Shown: piece after piece, positions 39,620 through 50,645 of the stretch
How the letters are laid out: each line of letters begins with the position of its first letter
Position numbering within the stretch: position 1 is the stretch's first letter
NCBI RefSeq assembly: GCF_006345805.1
Contig: NC_043000.1
Span: 12,710,001 to 12,774,000, forward strand
Origin: Octopus sinensis
Taxonomy: Eukaryota
Direction: 5' to 3'
Length of the DNA stretch: 64,000 nt
Notes under the pieces: generated by a model
The model's input: the letters and a program-made list of their open reading frames with translations, nothing else
The model's database searches: none
What the model was told of the DNA's origin: nothing
Made by a program: the position numbers and the translations under genes

Positions 39620-39760
39620 AACCGTTAATCCCTACACAATTTTTTTCTCTCCGTCTTTTTTTTTTTTTTCGTTCTTTCTCCATTTTTTCCCTCTCAACAC
39701 TTTCTGTCGAAGAGCGTAGGCTCGAAACATCAAAGTCTTTTCCATTCTTCCCGGGTGTCA
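39620..39760 (+). mobile_element. Partial copy of the ~190-bp HHR-like element (motif 39699-39736)
   Basis: ACUUU-CUGUCGA-A-GAGC(GUAG)GCUC-GAAAC-AU-C-AAAGU. Confidence 0.65.
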
Positions 39761-40010
39761 AATTTCGTTTTGGTATTTATGGGAGCAGCTGTTTTCGAAG
39801 ACTTATATTGTCGTTGAATGCTCGAAATGAGGAGTAGATACACAGCCAACAACTGATGAAGGGTCGTTCTTTGCGTTGCTTGTCCTGTTTTCCATTTGTT
39901 TCTCTCGTTCTTTGCGTATTCAACTCATTTGTTTTCGTATTTCATGTTGCTTACTGTTGGTGACGTCCTGTACAACCAACACAACAATTATCAAACTGTT
40001 TGCACTACCA

Positions 40011-40042
<32 letters not shown>

Positions 40043-40149
40043 GATATATATATATATATTATATATATAGATATATGATATACCGATACCCTGGTAACTA
40101 TTTATATATTTTTTTCCGTGTTATATTGTTAACAAGGGAAAATACGCAC

Positions 40150-40205
<56 letters not shown>

Positions 40206-40233
40206 CTCTCTCTCTCTCCCTCTTCTCTCTCGC

Positions 40234-40280
<47 letters not shown>

Positions 40281-40285
<5 letters not shown>

Positions 40286-40560
40286 TTAGAGACAAAACCA
40301 CTATTAGGCAAATAAAACAATGAAAAACTTAAGCCAATACATTGTTTAACCCTCGCCAAGATAAATATTTAAACCACCTGATGAATGACTGTGACTCAAA
40401 AATTTGAAGAAGTTAGCAGCCATGAAACGATCGTAGTGTGATATTAATTATATTTTTTTAATAATTTTGTTATATATTTAAATAATATAAATTAAATAAT
40501 CTTATGTATTGGCTTAAGTTTTTCATTGTTTGATTTGCCTAATAGTGGTTTTGTCTCTAA
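40281..40560. mobile_element. PLE-like terminal structure: ~60-bp inverted repeats flanking an HHR
   Basis: 40281-40342 is the reverse complement of 40504-40560. The right arm continues after the Helitron at 41064. Inverted partial terminal repeats are typical of Penelope-type insertions. Confidence 0.55.
40375..40438 (+). ncRNA. Type I hammerhead ribozyme with extended stem II and palindromic stem III
   Basis: CAC-CUGAUGA-AUG.CUG.UGACU...AGUUA.CAG.CAU-GAAA-CGAUCG-U-A-GUG. The core is intact, stem III is the palindrome ACGAUCGU, and the cleavage triplet is GUA. Confidence 0.75.
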
Positions 40561-41063
40561 TCTATATATATAAAACTCTAGTTGTGTGAGTGTCTGTCCC
40601 CTTCGATTTAGATTCCTAACTCCTCCCACATTTTGCGGTGCAGTTTAACCAAATTCGGGTATCTTATAGTCGTGATTCATATCGAGCCCGTCTGACTATT
40701 AGCGCGCGTCAACGATGAGTCTACGATTTTAAAAATAATTTAACATCATTTTTTATTCCATTTTAATGCATAAATGCATCGTGTGTCGATGGCGGCGGAG
40801 TTGGCGTCCACGCTCACAGCTGCACCTGTTTGCTTCTCCCCTTCCTCCCTCGTGAAGCTGTGGGGAAGGGAGTGTAAAGAAATCAACGTCGTAATGCGTT
40901 GTGAAGGAAACCAGCGTTCTTTTAGAACAACGACTTCATGGCTTGAAGACACCAAAACAAAAATGGCTAAGAAAGCCCGAATTTATAAGGGAAGTAACTC
41001 TCTAAAAATGCTTATATAGTTATTTCCCTTACAAACCCGAGCAACGCCGGGCGATACTGCTAG
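40561..41063 (+). mobile_element. Non-autonomous Helitron (~500 bp)
   Basis: 5' end TCTATATATATAAA, subterminal hairpin CCCGAGCAACGCCGGG, 3' end CTAG. Inserted between A and T with no TSD; the pre-insertion site ctctaa|tttaat is reconstructed from the inverted-repeat partner at 40281. Confidence 0.85.
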
Positions 41064-41163
41064 TTTAATATAATATAATATTTTACTATAAAATTGGATT
41101 CAATCCTAAATCTGATTTTTCCCTGTAAGTTTGGATTTATTCCCTAATATTTATATATATATA

Positions 41164-41684
41164 CTAGCAGTATCGCCCGGCGTTGCTCGGGTTTGTAAGG
41201 GAAATAACTATATAAGCATTTTTAGAGAGTTACTTCCTTTATAGATGCCAATTCGGGCTTTTTTAGCCATTTCTGTTTTGGTGTCTTCAAACCATGAAGT
41301 CGTTGTTCTAAAAGAACGCTGGTCTCCTTGACAACGCATTACGACGTTGATTTCCTTAAACTCCCTTCCCCACAGCTTCACGAGGGAGAGAAGAAGGGGG
41401 AGAAGCAAACAGGTGCAGGTGTTTGAGCGTGGACGCCAACTCCGCCGCCATCGACACACGATGCATTTTATGCATTAAAATGGAATAAAAAATGATGTTA
41501 AATTATTTTTAAAATCGTAGACTCATCGTAGACGCGCACTAATACTCAGACGGGCTCGATATGAATCACGACTATAAGATACCCGAATTTGGTTAAACTG
41601 CACCGCAAAATGTGGGAGGAGTTAGGAATCTAAATCGTAGGAGACAGACACTCACACAACTACAATTTTATATATATATATAGT
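41164..41684 (-). mobile_element. Second copy of the same Helitron, inverted
   Basis: Near full-length reverse complement of 40561-41063, with CTAG at 41164-41167 and the same hairpin. Confidence 0.85.
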
Positions 41685-41873
41685 GAGAATTTATAAAAAA
41701 AAAAGCAAAAGACGAAGACGGGTGTGTAAACAACAAACAGATATATTAGTTTAACGCTCGGGAAGTGAGAAAGTCTTTTACTTTTCGAGCCTACGCTCTT
41801 CAGCAGAAAGGAACACAGAAATAAACAGGGAGAGAAAATAGAAAAAGTATAGTGGCTGGCGATCTATCATGGC
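41684..41873 (-). mobile_element. Copy of the ~190-bp HHR-like element (motif 41774-41811)
   Basis: Reverse complement reads CUUU-CUGCUGA-A-GAGC(GUAG)GCUC-GAAAA-GU-A-AAAG. The 3' end abuts the TA run at the Helitron 5' end. Confidence 0.65.
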
Positions 41874-42932
41874 GTATGTGTGTGGATGTGTTTGTAATGG
41901 TCGTAAATTAGCATCATTTTCCTACAAGCGATGTTGTTCGTTTCCATTTGTTAAACAGTCCATTTATTGCCAACACACTCTGCATCGGTATGCTGAGGTG
42001 GATGATGTGCAGACGTGCAGTGAGGCTGCAGCACCTTCAGAGATTCCAGGACGGTAAACCAGTGTGGTCGCCTCTTGTGATACATTTTCCTCTAGCTCTT
42101 CTCCTTGAAGTTACAGTCCTGGATCAAGCGGATATCAAGTTTGTGCTGCTACTATCAGGAAAACGTTGTCAGAAGTTCACAGTCCTCAACCAGTCAGATA
42201 ATGCGGCCGGTAGAACTCCTACATTAGCGTATTATAAAGGGCTAATGGTGGAGAAAAGCGACGACATTCTCAGGAAACTCTAGGTGTGAACATGAACCAA
42301 CTTGCTAGTCTGCTCTGTAGAACTTCTATACTGAGTACTATGGATACTTTCCAGAAATCCCTGGCCTGGCAGTGTTATCAAAGACATTGCCGGTTCATAA
42401 CACTCAACATGGAGTGCCATCAATCGGGTTTGTCTGTTCTGTACTCATTTGTAGTGGCTTAATGCAGACATGGCGGGGATTCGATCCTCGATCGCCATAT
42501 TTCACTTAACAGCACTTTTCTCGCAGTAAAACAAGTTTTTTTTCTGTGAGTGACAGCAGTTACATTTATCAGATGCCTTCGCTAAGCAGAATAATGTCTT
42601 TGCCACTTGACCCGTCTAACCGCTTCTAGGCCACCAAAAGCTAGAATAGAGATAACAGACCACCAACGAAATCATTTGTTCTTAACAATATGTCTATCCT
42701 TCTTGCTGGTTTTGGATAGTTATAAAAACAAGAACTCCGTAAATCAAAGTCAGTTGGTGAGAGCGACTGACAGAGAGGCGGCTGACCGGCTCAAGCGAAA
42801 TGCTGTCTCGACTGAGGTAACTTCACAGAATGACAACTATGGACATAGCCAACGTAGAAGCTGTCTCGTCCTACCACTCTCACTTTCACTAACTCACTTT
42901 CTTTTCTCTGGAGCATTACCATATCTTTCTTA

Positions 42933-43317
42933 GTGGAGGCGCAATGGCCCAGTGGTTAGGGCAGCGGACTCACGGTCATAGGATCGCGGTTTCGATTCCC
43001 AGACCGGGCGTTGTGAGTGTTTATTGAGCGAAAACACCTAAAAGCTCCACGAGGTTCCGGCAGGGGATGGTGGTGATCCCTGCTGTACTCTTTCACCACA
43101 ACTTTCTCTCACTCTTACTTCCTGTTTCTGTTGTACCTGTATTTCAAAGGGCCGGCCTTGTCACTCTCTGTGTCACGCTGAATATCCCCGAGAACTACGT
43201 TAAGGGTGCACGTGTCTGTGGAGTGCTCAGCCACTTACACGTTAATTTCACGAGCAGGCTGTTCCGTTGATTCGGATCAACCGGAACCCTCGTCGTCGTA
43301 ACCGACGGAGTGCATCC
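42933..43317 (+). mobile_element. tRNA-derived SINE family B (head B plus family-C tail)
   Basis: GGAGGCGCAATGGCCCAGTGGTTAGG...GTTTCGATTCCC with a 13-bp TSD ACCATATCTTTCT. A near-identical minus copy at 52236-52617 has its own TSD. Confidence 0.85.
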
Positions 43318-43479
43318 ACACACCATATCTTTCTCTATATACTACAATGAGATCGTGTACACATATACAAGCCGAAATTAACTCTTTTTTTCCTCGCATG
43401 CTTTTCCATTTACTGATTATACATACCAACTCGTCGTGGTTTTGGATATATACAAAGTAACAGTAAATAAACATTTCTT

Positions 43480-43660
43480 TACAACTTCAATCACTGTTCT
43501 TCTTCCATCTTGCATTCTGGCAACCAACACCTTAACAATAACCGTTACACATTCTTTCAGAGTAAGAGCATTGCTGACTTGTGGATATTTTGTCGAATAG
43601 CTGTTGTGTGTTGGACAGATGTAGCTACTGGACGTTTCGACCATGAAGTTACCCATCTCG
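43480..43660 (-). pseudogene. Possible LTR-retrotransposon integrase remnant
   Basis: YSTKYPQV...LTLKECVTVIVKVLVAR weakly resembles the integrase D.YSK.PEV...T...V...L...FAR segment. Confidence 0.25.
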
Positions 43661-45719
43661 CAGCTTTCTTTTGGTAGAGAGGGATTGGCAGTCTTCCTTT
43701 GTTATGCACGTGAGGTCAGTTATTGCTGCTGAAGTCATGACCTCATCGAGTGTGTGCTGCCCGGAGCAGCCCTTGAGTTTTCCGCTCCCTACCTTCACAC
43801 CTTATACATGCTTATGCAGCAAACCCAAAATTAGTGCTACTACAAAAGCGACTTCCAGAACAGATCGCTCTCATGCACCCCCCCCCCACACACACACTAG
43901 CTACACTAATGGGAGAGAGAGAGAGAAAGGGAGAGAGAGGAGGGCGAAAGAGATATTGTCTACAAATTTGTTGAAATATGGATGAGTGATAACCATGGCT
44001 CAAGTGAATGGGTTTGCACTGAGTATTTTTTGCCTGTAGACATGGAAATGACATTTGGTTGAGGAGTGGATTACCTTAGGCAGTCAGGGTTATCCTTGAA
44101 ACGAGAAAGTTTCTCGTTTGGCCCCAGGTAGCGTTCCTCCTCTCTGGAGTTTCTATCTCATATTTATGTATACCATTCTTTTCTGTCTTCCACCTGTCTG
44201 GTTTCTGCGTAAATCCTCAACGCCTTTTGTAACCTAATCCCGTAATTTTCCCTCGTCCATCGCTATTTTGGTTCCAAAGCAAAAGATTATTAGGGTACAA
44301 TGAATCATTTAGTAATAGAATCATTATCATCATCATCATCATTTAATGTCCATTTTCCCATGCTGCGATGGTCAGGCAAAATTTGTTGGAACAAATTTTC
44401 TACGACCGAATGCCCTTCCTGTGTCACCACCCCTCACCTGTTCCCAAGCAAGATCATACTTTCATATAGCTAGACATGTTTTCATGGAAGAATGGGAACG
44501 AACAACCTCGCTTGTAGGACAATGATGCTCATTTATAACCGTCACAAACAGATACACGCATATACGTATACATACATATATAAATATGTAAAAATACATG
44601 CATACATGCATACATACATACACGCATACATACATACATACATACATACATACATACATACATACATACATACATACTACTTACATGCATGCATGCATAC
44701 ATACATGCATACATACATACATACATACATACATACATACATACATACATACATACATACATACATACATAGATGCATACATACATACATATATACACCC
44801 AAGATGCTGTCCAGTGGCACTGGATCCAAGACCACATGATTGAGAAGCAAGCTTCTTAAAAACACCGCTATGCTTTGCAGCTATAAGAAAATAAGATTGG
44901 ATGGTCACATACAGAAGATCTTTCGTTAGAGGTGTGTTTGATTATGCCTTACCGGGGGGTAAACAGCAAACACCACAGTCAAAATAATTACAAATAATAT
45001 TTATATTTTATTTGGGATTTTTTCAATACTCTTATAAATGAGCATTCTAGAAATTCAGTTAAATTTTCGAATGTTCCATGTCATTCTACAGAATAAAAAC
45101 AATGGAAATATATAAAAGGTCATTTAAAATATCATAACTGACAGATATTACATCAGAATGATAGCACTGAAATGTTTCTACAATTCCAATGTATTCTTCA
45201 TCTTTGATTAAGACTCTGGGCAAGTCACTTGGCCAACTAGAAATAGCAGCCAAATCTACATCAAATCTCACCTTACCACCCTAAAAAAGAATGGCACGTC
45301 GGACAGTGTAGACGTAAATATACAAAAAAGAAAACGACAGATGGTCTCAGCTGTTACGCCTTTGTTCATAAGCTGGCTCAATCCAGGTTTACCTCGGGTT
45401 AAACAATAACAACATCGTGAAACCTGAAAGCCAACCATTTGTATCTGGAGCGTAGATACATACACATGGCGGCCTTAACTAAGTACTTGATGCTGCGATG
45501 GAGAGAGTAAAGCGAATTGAGAAAGGCAAAAGACCACAAGTAGTAGAACATGGGAAGATAAAGTTTCCCTGGGAAGGAGAATGCTGTAAACCATCCACTT
45601 TAAGGAAAAAGAATTATCCAAAATGGGAGGAGATTTGGGAGATCTCTGTTGACCTCGACGGTAAATAACACTTTCTATTTTTTACTACCAATAACCCAAC
45701 CTTATGAGAGGCAATATGC

Positions 45720-46007
45720 TTTCTTGTAGATATAGGATGAAAAGTTGTTAGAACCAGGGATACTAGATTCTCAAGAATGTTGAACTAGGTGCGAAGGAAA
45801 GGAAAAGTGTTGACAGAAAATTGTCGGAAGACACCGAGAAAGCATGCTATTACATCTGGCACAAGAAGGAGGACATCCCGAGTCATCCAGGTTTTCATTG
45901 ACGCTGCGGAACGAAACATGGGGAACCTGAGAATAAAAGAAGCCATTACCATTAATAAGACCAAACTTCGTATTAACTGCAGAATTGAGCTGTACACAGC
46001 TGATTAG
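45720..46007 (+). pseudogene. PLE GIY-YIG endonuclease C-terminal remnant
   Basis: ORF 45789-46007 ends LRIKEAITINKTKLRIN, resembling the (L)xIKEAxxIxxxxPxxN terminal motif of PLE GIY-YIG domains. An HHR-like motif lies about 110 bp downstream. Confidence 0.5.
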
Positions 46008-46118
46008 CTATTATATTCCAATGCTATTCTAAGCATGCAAAATCTCAACCCTTTATACACACACACACACACACACATGCAGCAGAAAAATAACTTGCAA
46101 TACCGTCTCCTATTAGCT

Positions 46119-46157
46119 TTTCCTGAAGAGTGGGGTCTGAACCCCGAAATATCGAAA
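46119..46157 (+). ncRNA. Type I minimal hammerhead-like motif downstream of a PLE endonuclease remnant
   Basis: UUUC-CUGAAGA-GU-GGGG(UCUGAA)CCCC-GAAA-UA-U-C-GAAA. Stem I is UUUC/GAAA, stem III is the palindrome AUAU, and the triplet is AUC. There are two extra nt before stem II. Confidence 0.55.
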
Positions 46158-46259
46158 TATATGATAAAATTGCAAACTATTGACTAACTTCTTTTATAAG
46201 TGTGTGTGTGTGTGTGGTGTGTGTGTGTGTGTGTTGTGTGTGTGTGTGTGTGTGCGTGC

Positions 46260-46290
<31 letters not shown>

Positions 46291-48309
46291 GTGTGTGTGT
46301 GTGTGTGTACGTTGGTTTATGACAGATGAAAGAGGGAGAAGTGCTCAATACCTAATGTAGAGGATGTGATTTTTTATTGAAATTGAAACAGGTAATTTAT
46401 CCCTGGACTCGAGTTTCACGCCACTGCTATCTCCAGGCGTGTTCTCGCCAAAAGAGGTTACTTAAAGGTGCCAAAAGATCGTCAAGAGACTTCAGGCGAT
46501 GAACAATCGTTGAAATAAAGTGATGTAGATGATTGCTTCAGTGGTGGAGACAGGTTTTAGGAACTCGGTGTACCCTAGGGTTTGTGAGGCAGAGGATATG
46601 AAAGACGTTGAGGTTAGACGCTTTAACCCCTTCCACCTTGAGTTGAAAAGTAGAGGAACACTCCCATATTCTGCGAACCTTCTTTCCCATCGCTGATCCC
46701 GTTGGAGAGCTTTGAGTACTTCATTTGTTACGCGACGGAGAAGGCCATAAGTCTAAATCCGTTTACATAACCAACATGAAATTTGACAACAACCGTACCT
46801 TACAGCACCCACTATGTCAGAACACAACTGTATTGGCCCCTGCTTCCCGTATTTATCAGTTGGATTTTCTACTTGAAAAACATGAACATTAGACATATGA
46901 CGATGAACATAAACAGGCGCAGGAGTGGCTGTGTGGTAAGTAGCTTGCTAACCAACCACATGGTTCCGGGTTCAGTCCCACTGCGTGGCATCTTGGGCAA
47001 GTGTCTTCTGCTATAGCCCCGGGTCGACCAATGCCTTGAGAGTGGATTTGGTAGACGGAAACTGAAAGAAGCCTGTCGTATATATGTATATATATATGTA
47101 TGTGTGTGTGTTTGTGTGTTTGAAAGTATGAAAAACAAAGATGACCGCGGTGGAATTTGAACTCAGAACGAGAAGACAGATGAAATACTTATTTCTTTAC
47201 TACCCACAAGGGGCTAAACACATAGGGGACAAACAAGGACAGATAAACGGATTAAGTCGATTATATCGACCCCAGTGCGTAACTGGTACTTAATATATCG
47301 ACCCCGAAAGGACGAAAGGCAAAGTCGACCTCAGTGGAATTTGAACTCAGAACGTAACGGCAGACGAAATACTGCTAAGCATTTCGACCGGCGTGCTAAC
47401 GTTTCTGCCAGCTCGCCGCCTTTGAAACGTTATTTAATATCAATAGGTGTGTGTATATGAATATTGGCTCCGTACCTGCACAAGTATTTGGAGTTGTAAT
47501 TGTCTCACTTCAGGAACTATATTGTTATTTCAAATATTACGCATATCTATTCAAATCAAATTTAGAAAACAATAAAACAATAAAAAATCAATCAAAAATA
47601 AGAAAATACACTGTCTTCAAAATAATATGAAACACCTGTTTAACGAATTTTTTCTTTAACTTCAACATATAAGGGAAATGAAATACTGATTCTTTCTTTT
47701 TTTTAAGGAAATAAAAATGAATTTGGTCAGAACGTAAGGAAGGGAAGATGTTACACAAAAATAATTGTTATCAAATTATTACATGGGGCCATATTTGTTT
47801 TTTCTTTTATTTGATCTCTTCAGTTGTATGTTTTCTTTTTCATAATACTCTTTACTTGCTCTTTACTCTTCACTTGTTTCAGTCATTTGACTGCGGCCAT
47901 GCTGGAGCACCGCCTTTAGTCGAGCAACTCGACCCCGGGACTTATTCTTTTTGTAAGCCCAGTACTTATTCTATCGGTCTCTTTTTGCCGAACCGCTAAG
48001 TTACGGGGACGTAAACACACCAGCATCGGTTGTCAAGCAATGCTAGGGGAACAAACACAGACACACAAATATACATACATACATATATATGTATATATAC
48101 GACAGGCTTCTTTCAGTTTCCGTCTACCAAATCCACTCACAAGGCATTGGTCGGCCCGGGGCTATAGTAGAAGACACTTGCCCAAGATGCCACGCAGTGG
48201 GACTGAACCCTGAACCATGTGGTTGGTTAGCAAGCTACTTACCACACAGCCACTCCTGTATGTAAATGTTGTGTAATATTTGTATTATCCTATGAATACG
48301 ATTCATGAA

Positions 48310-48926
48310 TATTGGTTTCAAATTTTGGCACCAGGCCAGCAATTTCGGGAGAGGGAGCTAGTCGATTATATCGACCACTAGTACTCAACTGGCGTTTATT
48401 TCATTGACTCCGAAAGGATGAAAGGCAAAATAGTCCTCGGTGGCACTTGAACTCCGAATGTAAAGTCAGACGAAATGCCGTTTAGCATTTTGCCCCGTGT
48501 GCTTACGATTCTTATTTCTTTATTGTCCACAAGGGGCTAAACATACAGGGGACAAACAAGGACAGACAAAGGGATTAAGTCGATTACATCGACCCCAGTG
48601 CGTAACTGGTACTTAATTTATCGACCCCGAAAGGATGAGAGGCAAAGTCGATCTCGGCGGAATTTGAACTCAGAACGTAACGACAGACGAAATACCTATT
48701 TCTTTACTACCCACAAGGGGCTAAACACAGAAGGGACAAACAAGGACAGACAAAGGGATTAAGTCGATTACGTCGGCCCCAGTGCGTAACTGGTATTTAA
48801 TTTATCGACCCGGAAAGGATGAGAGGCAAAGTCGACCTCGGTGGAATCTGAACTCAACGTAACGACAGACGAAATACGGCTACGCATTTCGCTCGGCGTG
48901 CTAACGATTCTGCCAGCTCGCCGCCT
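48310..48926 (-). mobile_element. SINE family A multimer (two young units plus one old copy)
   Basis: Units 48512-48695 and 48696-48926 share private variants (GATGAGAGG, AACGACAG). Confidence 0.85.
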
Positions 48927-49127
48927 TATGATTCGTAAATATTGACTCTAAATCTATAGAACGCTCGTATTTATGGCAGTAAGATACGAGTAAGTCATGG
49001 CTCCGAGCTGGAATACATGAGAGCAATGGTTCAAAACTCAGCAAGAGCCTCGCTACATTTACTTATTCTATATAGTATTTTACAATCAGTTTTGTGGTTA
49101 TATGAGTCACTTTCTGTTCATCTAAGT

Positions 49128-49328
49128 CACTGCTTTTCAAACATTTTGCTGGAGCGGAACCCCAAGGAAACACTCCACTGGCTCGAGGAACCCCTGTGCA
49201 ATAATTTAATAGTCTTATGCACACATATCTGCACAGGAGAATTAAAAATTACTGCCGATTTTAGCAGTTTTGTAACTTCTTGCGGAACCCCTGGACCGTA
49301 CTAGCGGAATCCTGGTTGAAAACCACTG
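49128..49328. mobile_element. hAT (Charlie-like) MITE
   Basis: TIRs CACTGCTTTTCAA / TTGAAAACCACTG. Perfect 8-bp TSD ATCTAAGT (49120-49127, 49329-49336), similar to the NTCTAGAN Charlie target. Confidence 0.85.
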
Positions 49329-50596
49329 ATCTAAGTATTATTTATTTTATTAACAAAATATGAAGGCTCATGGTTCAGTGGTGAGAGCATTGGATCACAA
49401 TCAATAGGGAGTGAATTCGAATCCCAGACCAGTCTGTGTATTGTGTTCTTGAGCTCCAGTTCACCCAGCTGCAGGAATAAGTTGCAACGACACTGGTGCC
49501 AAGCTGTATCAACCTCGGCCTTTTCTTTGGACATCCACTCACAAGGCTTTGGTCGGCCCGGGGCTATAGTAGAAGACACTTGCCCAAGATGCCACGCAGT
49601 GGGACTGAACCCAACTCTATGTGGTTGGTAAACAAGCTACTTACCACACAGCCACTCCTGCGCCATGACTTAACTACTCCTGAGGATGAGCATATAAACT
49701 GTGTCCCTCTGCCAAGCCATGTCAAGCCAGTGTGACAGAGTAGGTTCATCAAACCAGTATGATCTCAAGCTCAAATTCATGGCTTACACATCAAACCATG
49801 GTTGGTAGAGAGAACATGCTGAGGCCCTTGTACTGCAGTGGGCTGAACATGGACAATCCAATCCAATCCAATCCAATCGGCCTCAAAATAGATGAAAGGC
49901 AAAGTTGACCAAGGGATGATTTTAACTCAGACCACACAGAGCTGGAACAGACACCACAAGGTATTCAATCCAAAGTTGGTCTTCCATGAACAACCTTGCC
50001 CTGACTTGTGCCTCGAGGGTTTATTTATTTTATCATTTTCTTCTTCGGTTGTTTGATATGGGTGACTTCAGTGTAGTGCGTATGAGGTAAACTTTGTTTT
50101 TTAGGTTGTCTATTTCTGATATAATGTGTGTGTGTGTGTGTGCGTGTGTATGTGTGATTGTCTTGCATGCGTGCGTGTATGTGTGTGTGTGTGTGCGTTC
50201 GTGCGTGCAGGTGTATGTAGGTGATTGTTTCGCATGCGTGTGTATGTGTATGTGTGAGTATGCATGTATGTGTGTATGTGTGTGATAATTTTGCACGGGT
50301 GCGTGCGTGTGTATGCGCGCGCGCGCGCGTGTGTGTGTGATTGTCTTGCATTGTAGGATATGCTCTTTTTTTTTGTATATATTATTGCTTTGTTAGGTGT
50401 ATGCAATGCAGTGTCTGTATTGGTTGTTGTGGTGGTTGTCTTCCATCTTTTACTTGATTCTGTAGTTGGGCTGCGGCCACGCTGGGGCACCATTCTTATA
50501 AGGGTTTAGTCGAACAAATTGACCCATTACTTAGTTTTAAGCGATAGGGACGTAAACAAACCAGCATCGTTTGCCAAGTAGTGGCAGAGTCAACAA

Positions 50597-50645
<49 letters not shown>

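Larger units (their letters stand above)
38760..42800 (+). mobile_element. Highly decayed L1/Tx1-type LINE ORF2 interrupted by nested insertions
   Basis: ALSAYADDVTV near 38790-38825, KSMGLQLG and PDLQM..KW. After the insertions the frame resumes with WMMCRRAVRLQHLQRF (41990-42050) and FQKSLAWQCY (~42350-42380). Confidence 0.6.

Noticed and set aside
39850-39875. CUGAUGA motif (also 1071, 29121, 29297, 49680)
   Set aside because: No suitably placed GAAA, stem III and closing stem I could be built.
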